This document shows, one piece after another, positions 1 through 11,804 of a stretch of 64,000 nt of DNA; within the stretch, counting starts at the first letter, position 1, and each line of letters opens with the position of its first letter. Under the pieces are notes generated by a model. That model made no database searches and was not told where the DNA came from. It was given only the letters and a program-made list of their open reading frames with translations. Source of the stretch: Mytilus californianus (Eukaryota); contig NW_026262712.1 in NCBI RefSeq assembly GCF_021869535.1, positions 33,046,001 through 33,110,000 on the forward strand, read 5' to 3'. The translations under genes were made by a program, and so were the position numbers.

Positions 1-454
1 TTCGGGATATCTGTTTGCTGTAGTCAATACAAGTTTAGTCTAGACTTTTATTCAAAATGCTCGTTTTAATTTTCATTCCTTTCAGTCTCGGTATTTTGAT
101 TTTTAAGAGGACAAAAAAGAAATTCAACATTTGTTATGATAAATAGTTCTATCGACTTTTATCAAACTAAACAACTTTATCATTCATGTTATAACATTTG
201 AATTCTTTCTTTTGAAAACAAACCAGGTAATAATCGAACCAAAATATTGATAAAGGATGTAAGATGTAGTTTTTAAAGTATATATAAAATTCTTAATCGG
301 TGTATTTTTTACCACTATCAAAAGTAGTAAACAACAACTCAATTTAAGCATCAACATGCCTTAGCATGAAACTTGTAGCAGGAAACCATTAAAAGATTTC
401 AGGATTGATGTAGCCAATTGAAATAATCTTTTTTATGTAATCGGATATTGATGT

Positions 455-890
455 AGAGATAAGAAGATGTGGTATGAGTGCCAATGAGACAACCTTCCAT
501 CCAAGTCACAATGCGTAAACAGTAAACAATTATAGGTCAAAGTGCGGCCTTCAATACGGAGCATTAACTCACACTGAACAGCAAGCTATAAAAGGGCCCA
601 AAATGACTAGTGTAAAATAAATTCAAACAGGAAAACCCACGGTCTAATCTATATAAAAAACGAGAAACGAGAAACACTCAAGAACCACATCAACAAACGA
701 CAACCACTGAAACAGTTCCTGACTTAGGACAGGTGCAAACAAATGCAGCGGGTTTAAACGTTTTAACATGCGCCAACCTTCACCCTAATCTGAAATAGTA
801 GTGTAACATTACAACATAGAAAGACACACTATAAAATATCAATTGAAATGGCTTAACTCAACCAAAAAGATATATTAACAAAAACAAATG
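455..890 (-). mobile_element. Dispersed repeat (family C) carrying a twister-like motif at 704-804
   Basis: Reverse complement of 47780-48087. Motif GGGT-GAAG-G ... T^AA-ACCC-GC-TGCA..TGCA-CCTG-TCCTAAGT-CAGG; 3' tail TTGTCTCATTGGCACTCATACCACATCTTCTT. Confidence 0.8.
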
Positions 891-3800
891 TCTTGTCTAG
901 TGAGATTCTAAAGATTGTTAATTTGATGTCTGAAATTATCAATCCAATATCACTGCCAGTTTCTTCTGAAAAAAGACATTTAAATCATTTATTTGACGAT
1001 GCATACAACACAGTGAATGCTTACTTTGTCTGTGCATCTGCTTTCATTCAAGTTCGTACAATTTCGCTTTCTTTGACTTCAATTTCTGTCTTAGCTTACA
1101 TTGGCTTTTGATATGTTTACTAAACATCGCTGTACTACTATCACATCAATTAAAGGTTTGCGGTCTCATTCTCCATCTTTGTAACCTTTTCCGATGTAAA
1201 AACAAGAGGTTTTAAAAAAGAAAAAAAAATCAATCAAAAGAAGTTGTGTTGAAATGATATGAAATCAATGGTCATAAATTGTGAAGCTTTTTATCTGAAA
1301 GTAATATACAGTTATTCAACAAGACAGTTACTTCTTCAAATGAATTTAATTTTGCAAGATACTTGTCAAGATAATGTCAACAGTTGCACAAAAGCTGATT
1401 GACTATTGTCAAAAAAGTAAGAATAAATCTCCACACATTTAACAACGTAGACTATAAGTGTTTATGCTGCAAAATAAAACAGGTTTGAATGAATAAGTAT
1501 AATTGTTTTATATGATTTGGTCCATATCAGATTGGACATCTTAATGAGTCAAGGAAATAAAGTTACATAATCTTTGAACATTGCAATCTATCTTATAAAA
1601 ACAGTAGACAAGAACATGCGTTCTATCTATCAGAAGTTAGATAATTAAAAAAAATCATCATTCAGTTATAATTCATTCAGGGTTAACATGATTGATATAG
1701 ACGATTTATGTAGCAAAATAGAGAGACAATGTTTCAAACAAAGTAAATGGGAAAAATGTAAAGAGACCTGAAAATCAAACAGGACATACACTTCTGTACG
1801 CACACTATCAAAACCAATATAAATATACAGCCATCCTAAAACTTTGATTAAGTAAAGGCAATTTCAAATTAGAATGCGGAAGCGTTATTACACTCTACGT
1901 ATGATACTCGAATTATTTGCGAAACCCAAAACAAAGTAATTTAGAAAAATGAGAACAAAACGTTCTTTTTAAAAGATAAAACGAAACTGTTATCTTCAGA
2001 TTGTAAATGAATTGAAGAACGCTTAAAATCGCTTTTTGGTAATTTAAGAATTTCTGTATAAAATACAAAATTTGTAAATTCCATTTGATGTCGATTCATA
2101 ACATTCTTTACACAGAAGCTAGACTACATCGATTTGAACATTCTTTGGTTCAAATTAACTGCCATTTTTGCAACACAAAAACAGTTTTTTTTTTTGTTTT
2201 TTTTTCATAATTGTAAGAATATCTACCAATTAATATTAGAATTGCAAACTATATTAACAAAAGTACACTACACAGTAGGTATTTATGACAGGTTTTTAAA
2301 GGAAAATATATAGCCTAATGTACATAGTCAAATGGACTATATGGAAACTTCGGAATCTAATAAAGTTTGAAAACATCACTTGCAATAGTAATAGAACTAT
2401 TAGACAATTCTAATGTGAACTAAAAGAAAATATCGTTTTGCGTTTAAATCATTTACACAATAAAGAACCAGATATCAATAATGATCTGGCACACTTATTA
2501 GATCAGATATGTAATAATGAGGTCAAGTGTTTACTTTCACATTTTTACAACTTCAATACATTCAATTAGAAAAACATGTGATTATGTCTACTTACTTATT
2601 ACATTTACATGGTTTATAAAAAAAATAGAGCAACGTACATAAACTGATTAAACAGATATCACTGTTTATAGATCTGGTGTGATCGATTTAATGTATTACG
2701 TTGGGTGTGTTGGACTTTTGTGTTAAATTGATATAAGAAAACTACAACATGTAATTTTATAAGTTATCTCATGAGAAAGCAACACAGGGATCCTAAGTAT
2801 GCTCTACTTTGCTACTAAGGTCATTGTAAAAGAATATTTGAAATAAACTGTATTTGAATTAAAAAAAAAAACGCTTAAAAAATTCTTAACATGGTTGATA
2901 TCCTCTTCATGTTCTTCTACAATTCTATTATTGGTCCAATTAATCAAATCTCAAGTATTGATTACCATAATCTTTATCTTAGTTCACAGCAGAAAAAAAT
3001 AGTTTAAAAAACAGTTTTGCGTCATTTGAATTTTTAAAATGTATCTCCACGATAATCAGCAGATATTAAACATCCCGGTTATAGCATAGTGTTCTTCATA
3101 TAATATCTTGTAATACGAGTTCTAACGGTAACTCAAAAAAAAAAGAGCTGATTTTACAAACATAAGTCTGCGGCAATCATTAAGAACTCCAAAAATTTTG
3201 AGCAGTGTGAAATGTTGTGATGTTGCCACTCCATAGATTACTTTAGTGTCAACATACGAATTGATAATTGCAACTTATATCATTCTATTTATCTTTATTT
3301 TATTTTTCATTGTGTTCCCAGTCCTGAAGGTTTATTGTCCTTTTAAATTTGATTCATTTGTATTTCCTATATTTGGATTTGACATATTTTCTAGAACACT
3401 ATTACTGAAATTACTTTCAAGGTCTTCAGTCTTCCCAAACTTCTCTTAGAAAATCAATAAAAAATTACTTAAATAACTTTATATGTTAAAAATTTTTTAT
3501 TAATGACGTTAATTTAACGTCAGAAGTCATACTTTCGACGCTGTTTAAAAAATTAGTTCATGGGAAGAAATTCTAACACTTCAATGGTTGCACCTCAAGC
3601 AATTAATGTTTAACATGTTTTAATTGCTAAAATATTCCTATGAGTTCCTTATTGATACTTGTAAAAATAATGAGAAAAGACAAATAGATTTCCTCATTTG
3701 CTATTGTTCTTTTTTAACTTTGGCTAGGAAATATCTTCTATATAGTGTTTTGTTAATATTTGATATGATATCCGTTGAAGGCATAAACGTATGGAGAGTT

Positions 3801-4277
3801 TTAATTTTTTCAAGTTTTGTTTTTCATTTATAGTTAGCTTTCGTCTTATGCTGTGACAATTAAATACATTAACCATATAAAAAATACAAAAACAAAATCA
3901 ATTCTTCACATTTTCTTATGAAATGTTTACATAATTATGATTTATTAGACACTCAGTGAAAAGAAATGTCAGCTTGTAGAATAGACCAAGAATAGTTGCC
4001 ATTGAGTAAATGTTATATAGAAAAGAATGAGAGTAGATAAGAGATATTCGTTTATGAGACAGCAACCCAATGACAAAACTAACAAATAAACACTTCAAAA
4101 GCTAACAAAACCTTTAAACAGACTTATTAAGAAGGGATATAGTTACGATACTGTTGTCAGGTCATTAAAGATTGCATATTTTGGCTTTAATATTGATTCA
4201 CTTATAGGGTCTTTGCATCGGAATTAAACATATTTATTCTAAAACCAGTTGTTGGCATGACACGGGTTATGTTCTTC

Positions 4278-4344
4278 TCATATATTTTATGATGGTATAA
4301 TACTAAACCCCTAACAGGAGGGATTGTGCCTGATATTCATATGA
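4278..4344 (+). promoter_or_regulatory. Form-2 SECIS element
   Basis: Helix I TCATAT(4278-4283)/ATATGA(4339-4344); core ATGA(4289-4292)...TGAT(4331-4334); helix II GGTATAAT(4294-4301)/ATTGTGCC(4323-4330); apical AAA (4305-4307); ministem CCC(4308-4310)/GGG(4320-4322). Confidence 0.85.
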
Positions 4345-4544
4345 TGAAGACAGAATCGTTCAATCAGTTTAATTGAGGTCTGGATCTGGCATGTCAGTAA
4401 CTGCTAGTAGTCTGTTGTTATTCATGTATTATTGTCATTTTTTTTTTTTTTTTTTCTTTTGTTTCCTATTATGACATCGGTTTCGGACTTCTCTTAACCT
4501 GAGTTTTACTGTGCGTACTGTTGTACGTTTGTTTTTTCTACATT

Positions 4545-4636
4545 GGCTAGAGGTATAAGGGGAGGGTTGAGATCTTAAAAAACATGTTTAACCCCGCCGC
4601 ATTTTTGCGCCTGTCCCAAGTCAGGAGCCTCTGGCC
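4545..4636 (+). ncRNA. Type-P3 twister-ribozyme-like motif
   Basis: P3 GGCTAGAGG(4545-4553)/CCTCTGGCC(4628-4636); P2 CCCC(4592-4595)/AGGG(4558-4561); L1 GAGG(4562-4565); predicted cleavage U4589^A4590; P5 CGCA/TGCG; P4 CCTG(4610-4613)/CAGG(4622-4625); L4 TCCCAAGT(4614-4621). Confidence 0.85.
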
Positions 4637-5629
4637 TTTGTTAGTCTTGTATCAAATTTTTAATTTTAGTTTCTTGTGTATAATTTGGAGTTTAGTATGA
4701 CGTTCATTATCACTGAACTAGTATACATATTTGTTTAGGGGCCAGCTGGAGGATGCCTCCGGGTGCGGGAGTTTCTCGCTGCATTGAAGACCCATTGGTG
4801 GCCTTCGGCTGTTGTCTGCTCTATGGTCGGGTTGTTGTCTCTTTGACACATTCCCCATTTCCATTCTCAATTTTATACAGAGGGTAGCATACAGACCGGT
4901 GTTGTTTTCTATAATATAAAAATGTTGGCCAATTTGTTTATCAAAATGATGCTTGAGATGATCAATCTTTTACAAAAATGGTACAAATAATATCGGTAAT
5001 TAATGATGAAAGAACTGATAATTATACCAATGATTATAATGCAGTCAGATTGAAATGAAGCATTATTTTGGCAATATCTCTGTTGGCTATCATATTATGA
5101 TATTGAGGTGACTTGAACAGACCACACATGATATGTTGAAAGATAGTATCTGATATAAAGTTGTTATATCATATGACGGTACAGCATCTGAAAAGAAGAA
5201 AGTATCCTCTGGTAAAAAACTCTTTTTTTTTATATGTCTAAAAATTTAAATGCTATAATGATTACAATTTGTATTTTTATGATTATTTTTAAATTGAATA
5301 TGCTCTGATCGTTGTAAGAAATGATAAAATTTTCAAAATATGTAATGTTCATTCAGTAGCTGTTACGATAAATTATTTGTGCGATTATCAAGCGAGTGAA
5401 AAGCAAATTTGTAAGAAATGAATATAAATATACAAAAAAGATAATTCGCTAAATTTGTCTCGCATGATATTACACTAGAAACAAAATGTTGAGAAATGTT
5501 AATACATTTAAGTGAATTCTGAAGCGTATCGTTTGTTTTAATATGAATAGTTAATGTTTAGAAAAATGAATCTATGAATGTTAATTCTGAGACAGAATAA
5601 TGCTGTTGACGCTTTTCATTTATGGAAAA

Positions 5630-6130
5630 AGCAAAATAACAAAAATAAGGAACTCCAACGAAAATTCAAAACAGTAAATCCCTTATCAAATGACAAAATC
5701 AAAAGAATGGAAAACAGCTGTCATATTCCTGACTTGGTAAGGCATTTCCTTAGGTAGAAAATGGTAGATTAAACCTGGTTTTATAGCTTACTTAACCTCT
5801 CACTTGTATGACAGTCGCATAAATTCATTGTCCATTACATTGACAACAATGTGTGAAAAAAACAAACAAACATAATAGGTAAAAATGTCAAAAAATTGGG
5901 GCACAACAGTAGACACTGTGTTATAATCTTAATCCATTTGAAAACAAAGAAATATGTCAACAAAGAAAAACAAAATGGCATATAGACAAGGCATATAAGC
6001 AAAACTGAAAGTCAAGAATACAAAAAAAAGGACCGTAGCACAATAACACAATGGCGGGATGAATAAGTACCGAGCCACGCCAAAAGGATATTACCAAAAA
6101 TTAATTAAACAGTAAAGGTTAATGATTTAC
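5630..6130 (-). mobile_element. Dispersed repeat (family B) with twister-like motif at 5718-5814
   Basis: P3 CTGTCATA/TATGACAG (8 bp); GTGA-GAGG-T; T^AA-TCT-AC; L4 TACCAAGT; 1-nt deletion in P4. Homologous to 9430-9695, 24545-24755 and 43164-43333. Confidence 0.75.
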
Positions 6131-7606
6131 AAAGACAATATGTTAAAATATCTAAAGTAAGGCAACCGTAATTTACAAATTATCAAGACTGATTAAGAAG
6201 ATACGAATTAAGATAACCACAAAAAACTGAGGAAATCGCATGATCTCCAAAAGAAACGAGACTGGGTGCAACGACAGGATAATCGTCGTGTCCTTTTCAT
6301 GTATCATCCGCCATGCGAAGCCACATTCATCCTAAATGTCACAATCAGAACTAGGCCACATTCGGTAAAATTACAGTTCAGACGACTTTCTTGGTATCTA
6401 GAGACCGTAGACCTAGATAAAATGTCGCTAGTGAGTTGAGACACCAGATTCATCCCTCAGCATGAAGAATTTTGTGAGTAGATGCTGTAAATTGTATCTA
6501 TTCATAGTCACTGTTTTAAGATATTGACCTACATAGATCAACAGAAGCAATTTTAGTAATTGCTTAATGATGTCTATTTTGATTCTTATAAACTGTTTTA
6601 AAATCTTCGTTTTTCTCGATTTAAATGTCTTTTAGGACATTTAGTATAGTTTTCTTTTAATTAAATGTGAAACGGTAGTATTTTCTAGGCATTACGAATA
6701 CTGGTAGCCTTTTTAGAATGTACAGCATCATCTAAAACTGACCCATTATCTATATGCCAACTTAACTGAAGTGTTCCATGTTAGCATTCAGAAATACATG
6801 CAAATATATATGACGAACTACTTTTTCTCCTGATATCTTTATAAACTGAAGGCTGGTAGCCATTTCAAATGGCATTGAATAATTCTTTTTTTTTTAAACA
6901 ATACAATTATTTTTTTTCTACACTTCACGTATCCTTCAGCTTGGAAAACATTGTTAGTTGATGCTGTATTTTTTGTCCAATCACAGTCAATGTGTTGTGA
7001 TATATTGACCTGAATAGCATGCACAAAACAGCAATCTATTTTCTGGAATGTAAATTCTACCGTTTCATCTGAATAGAGCTGAACATAACTATAGAAACTT
7101 GGTTTGTTGTACGGCCAATAAAGCTAGAAAAAAAAAGAAGATATCAAGAGGACATTAGAATGAACATTTGGGGAGTAAATTCCTAGTCTTAATCGTTTTT
7201 AGGTATATTTATGTATTTATGTATATATTTAGGGGTAGGGGGCTTTACTTCGCTGCATCTTCTTACCTCTCAACTGGTCGTCCCAACAAATTTGTTTTCT
7301 CTAAATATTCGTTAGGGGGCCATGAACTGATTCTGGTAATATTTTTACTTTTGAAAACGATTAAAAAAAATACCAGGAATTTATATTACTTATAGGCTGT
7401 GTTTAAAGAATAAGCATACACGATTCTTTAATTATGTAATCGCTATTTTACGAAATTTTCCTTTGATCTTGCTGACTGATACCTTCCTTTCTCAGCGGAG
7501 TCGAGTGATATGAAAAATTATCGCTAGAAACTTAGGGGGCACGTGGCGTTGCTAATGAAATTGACATGAAATTGACAACGTTGTCATAGGTAAAATAGCG
7601 TTAAAC

Positions 7607-7705
7607 AGATTATCATTGGTCATCTCAGCACGATTGCTTTTCTCATTTTCGACGTACCGGCTCAAGCGAGAAAATCAATCTCGTTGAGATGATCAACGAT
7701 AATCT
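7607..7705. repeat. 30-bp imperfect inverted repeat at the end of a ~240-bp dispersed element (~7470-7706)
   Basis: AGATTATCATTGGTCATCTCAGCACGATTG (7607-7636) vs CAATCTCGTTGAGATGATCAACGATAATCT (7676-7705). Confidence 0.7.
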
Positions 7706-9429
7706 ATAAGTGTTTCAATTGATTCGCTTCTAAACAACGCAGAATTGTATCCTTTGAATTTATGATGAACATAGAATTGATTCAGCAACACCTATGAAAA
7801 GCATGCACTACGTGTACAACATGAGCTTTTAGACAGCCGATATGAGGAAGTCAAATGTTTCATGTTGTTACTCTTTATGAAACAAGACATTCCACTTGAT
7901 TTGAACTTTCGTGGATAGTTGTCTCGTTGGCAATCATACCACATTTCCTTATTTTTATAATGTTATCGATAAAAACAAATTTTATGTTATTTGTATCTTA
8001 AAGTATAAAAGTATAAAAGCATTAATAAACTTAACTGTACTTATAATTGCTTTATGAAGATTGACATCAAGTTCTACAAAGCAGTAATAACTGTTGGCAT
8101 ATTAATTGGCTATAAATTTGTAAATGTTTACTCTGGTTTATTATTTTAATCATACCATTATCGTGGATATTTCATTTTACTCGTGTTTAACGGCAGGAAT
8201 TTGCACTTGTGTAGTATGTCAGTTACACAAAGACTCAAGTACGAATGAACCAAATTTAACTCGTGCAACAACATAACTGATATCGATATCATGACTTGTT
8301 ACCAAATCAACACCAATTAGAAATAGTAATTTTAAAATGTTTCGGTTTAAAAAAAATTTAAATTATTTTAAATAATCTCATTCTTTCATGACTATGATCC
8401 TTTGTTAATGTTAGGCTAAACAGTTTTAGATTTTGGATTTTTAAATATTTTGGTCTTGAGTAGCACTGAAGAGATGTTTATTGTTGAAGTGGGAATCTAG
8501 TGTAGTGAAGTTGGTGCAGTTAATATAATCCCAAGATATCGGTAATTCGTACTGAAGATTTTCTTCCTCGTTTCATTGCACTAGTGAATGTTTTTCAATC
8601 GTCAATGAGATGAAGATTTGAAATCAAAACCAACGGTGACAAATAGTGTCTGTTTCATTGATTTAAATATATTTGATGCTCGGTATATCGTTAGACACTT
8701 GTCTTTTTTTTGAAAATCATATGTTTGCGATTTTTTACTGTTAAGTTTTTGTTTTTGCTTTTTGCTTCGTTTCATTCATCGATGTCGTGGTTCGGTACTT
8801 ATACATCCCGTCAATGTGTTTGTATTATCTTTCATTTTTGCTGGTGTATTTTGTACGTGTGACTTTATGTGTTTCTTTGGTACATATGACGTGGCTCTGT
8901 ACTTTTAAAGATCCCACCATTTTGTTATTGTTCTATTATAATATCATTATGTTCTTATTCTATTATAATTTTGAAAAATACTTTGAACGACAAAATTATT
9001 TTACTCGCGTAGTGGTATTAACCATATGTGTATTCTTAAAAATTCTAAAGAACTGGATAATTTCAAATCTCGGTCTTTTCTGAAATTAGTTCCAACAAAA
9101 ACTCTTGATTTTTCAACCCTGTATACCACCATTCCCCATGTGAAACTATAGTTTTTAAATTACTTTGAACGACAAAATTATTTTATATTTCTTCCTGTGT
9201 GACGTTTACATTTTCTGGCGTCAAACACGCAACTTTATACTAAGAGTAGCAGTCACAGAAATTTATAAATAGTTCAATCCTTTATGGGTTGATTTATAAT
9301 ACATATATAAGTAAGCAATGAATGCGGTTGTTAAATTTGATAGATACTTTTTGTGCATCTTTGTTAAATGTTTGTTTGTTTTGAGATTGTGACACAGTGA
9401 TGACTGCTGTGCCCATATTTTGACAATGT

Positions 9430-9695
9430 TACCTATTATGTCTGTTTTGTTCACGCATCCTTGTAAATATAATGGAATTCGAAGCGACTGTTATACAAGT
9501 GAGAGGTATAGCGCTATAAAACCAGGTTTAATCCACCATTTTCTACATTTGAAAATGCCTGTACCAAGTCAGGAATATGAAACTTGTTGTCCATTCGTTT
9601 GATGTGTTTTATCAATTGATTTTGCCATTTCATTAGGGACTTTCCGTTTTGAATTTTCCTCGGAATTCAGTATTTTTGTGATTTTACTTTTTATT
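9430..9695 (+). mobile_element. Family B repeat with near-intact twister-like core at 9488-9583
   Basis: GTGA-GAGG-TATAGCGCTATA...T^AA-TCC-AC-C-ATTTTC..GAAAAT-G-CCTG-TACCAAGT-CAGG. Confidence 0.8.
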
Positions 9696-9845
9696 CAGAT
9701 ATGAATATAAGCCAAATGATGGAATAATTCATTTTTGTTCGTCTACAATTTACCTACAAATTGTTTATAGCAGTCTTATTTAGTTAACAAATCAAACAAT
9801 TCGTTAAAACAGATAATTGTTCTAAATATCACTAAGTTAACTAAG

Positions 9846-9918
9846 TTTTCGGCTGTTGTCTGCTCTTTGGTCGGGTATTTGTCTTTTTGACATATTCCCC
9901 ATTTCCATTCTCAATTTT
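9846..9918 (+). mobile_element. Extreme 3' fragment of the Naiad 3' UTR
   Basis: TTCGGCTGTTGTCTGCTCTTTGGTCGGG...CATATTCCCCATTTCCATTCTCAATTTTA matches ~4805-4875. Confidence 0.8.
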
Positions 9919-11804
9919 AAGATCAACCACCTTTTTTTCTTTTTTTTCTTTTTTTTGCTGAGGTTCGTGCGTGTTGCTCAGTCTTTATTTTCCACGTAGT
10001 GATTTGTGGATGAATGTTCGTTTTTTTGTCCTAATTGATTTTTGTCCAGGCGTTGTTAATTTCTCTATTTGACCTTTTTAGGGGGTTTTGAATTTTCCCT
10101 ATTTATTTTCCAAATAAGAACTGGGGTAACAATGAAATACATGTATTAAAATGGCTTTAAATGATCTTCTATCTGTTTCAAATTTCAAAAAGAAAAACGA
10201 TTGAGATATTGCATACATTTATACATTTATTAAACCTTCTCGGTTTGAAATATGCGTTAATAGCGTTTAACAGGCAATATTAAAGGTTCAAGTATGAACG
10301 AAGGTGTCTTTAATATGTGCAAAAATAAATGTTTTAGCAGAGAAATTATTAAAATCTTTGGTTTTATCTAGTTGTTGTTTTAATTTTGTTATACATTCAG
10401 TAGCTAGGTTCATAGCTCAACTTCATATAAACAATTAGTTACTCAAATTTTTGAAACAAATTACATTTTTATCAATAATAAGTTGATACAAGGCATGATT
10501 GTAAGAAACAATTTCACTTTTAATTAATAATGTGCAGATAAATCTATAAAAAAAAAATAGAAAAACACCTGTAGATTTGCTTTTCTGCACGTATAACTGA
10601 TGATTTTCAGCAAAAACAAGAAACTTCATCTTAGAAGGAACAAACACTTGCTGTCTTTTTAAAACTGTCAATTCATAAAAGATAAATATAATTCCAAACA
10701 AAATTGCAGCTGAAAATCAAATCAACTTAAATATCATAAATGTTGACGTTTTTCATTTATTTCGTATGCATTTAATTATGGCAGAATAAAAGATAGGTCG
10801 AGATGACGATTTAACATGCAAATCTTTCAAATAGATTACTTGGGTTTCTAAAATGTCTTACAATGGTATGGGAAGAAATTGATTATAAACTGTATACAAA
10901 CAACTAATTGAAAAATATCGAAATATACTAGAAGCGTGTACAGGTGAAAATTGATAAAAAATATTAAAAAACATAGGGTTTGACTGCGATTTTCATTTTA
11001 TAATATTTAGATTAGGAAAATGCAAGAGGTATTAAAAATATTTAAATGTTTTAATGTTATAACCTTGCATCGCACAAGTAAAACTCGATTAAAACATACC
11101 TTATAGTCTAATGCGTTATAGATCACTTAAAGATCAACAGAATATATGATCGTTTGATAAAGTAAGACACACTTTTACAAAATCTGCAATTTCTAGTGCA
11201 TTTGTTTTTAAATTATCCTTCTAACAGTTCAAACGAGCAACCTCATATTGTTGCGCTTATTAATAGGAAACAAACATTTTAAAGCAGACGTAATCTAAAT
11301 TGGATCTCTAAGCAATGTTTTATTTAATTGCTTTAATATTTGAACATGACAAATCTGTTGATGTGCGTTAAAGTATTCTTCATCTAATTATTAAGCACTT
11401 TTAAATTAACGATGCATTAAGTAGCCTTCCATGGTTGAAATATGTATTAGAGACAAGAAACTTTACAGGTTCAAAAGTGTAAAAGAAGGTGTCTTTAATG
11501 CGTGCAAAATTTAATTCTTCCGGAGAGGCAGTTTTAAAATTCCAGTTTTTAACTGTAGCTTGTTATACATTGCATTTGTAAGGTTTAAAGCTAAACGTAA
11601 TATTAACAATAAATTACTCAAATTTTGAAAGCCAACGGTTTCTTCTGTTATCAATTATTAGTTGATAAAATGAAAGATTTAAAACCAATATTTTACTTTC
11701 TTTTAATACAGTACAGATTAATCTAATTGGAGAATATGAAACTGTAGATTTGCTTTTTTGAACGTATAAAACTAATGATTTTCAGCAAAAATAAATGCTT
11801 TTAG

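Larger units (their letters stand above)
4099..4877 (+). mobile_element. 5'-truncated copy of the same Naiad family (ORF C-terminus plus complete 3' UTR)
   Basis: Reverse-complement match to ~58795-59570. Encodes LTKPLNRLIKKGYSYDTVVRSLKIAYFGFNIDSLIGSLHRN* (TAA 4225-4227) and ends in ATTCTCAATTTTATA. Confidence 0.9.

Noticed and set aside
893-1200. Possible exon on the minus strand ending in a GTAAG donor
   Set aside because: In-frame stops, no clear acceptor and no recognisable homology.
5050-5215. Signal-peptide-like stretch (IILAISLLAIIL)
   Set aside because: Out of frame with the nearby ATG and followed by stops; expected by chance in AT-rich DNA.
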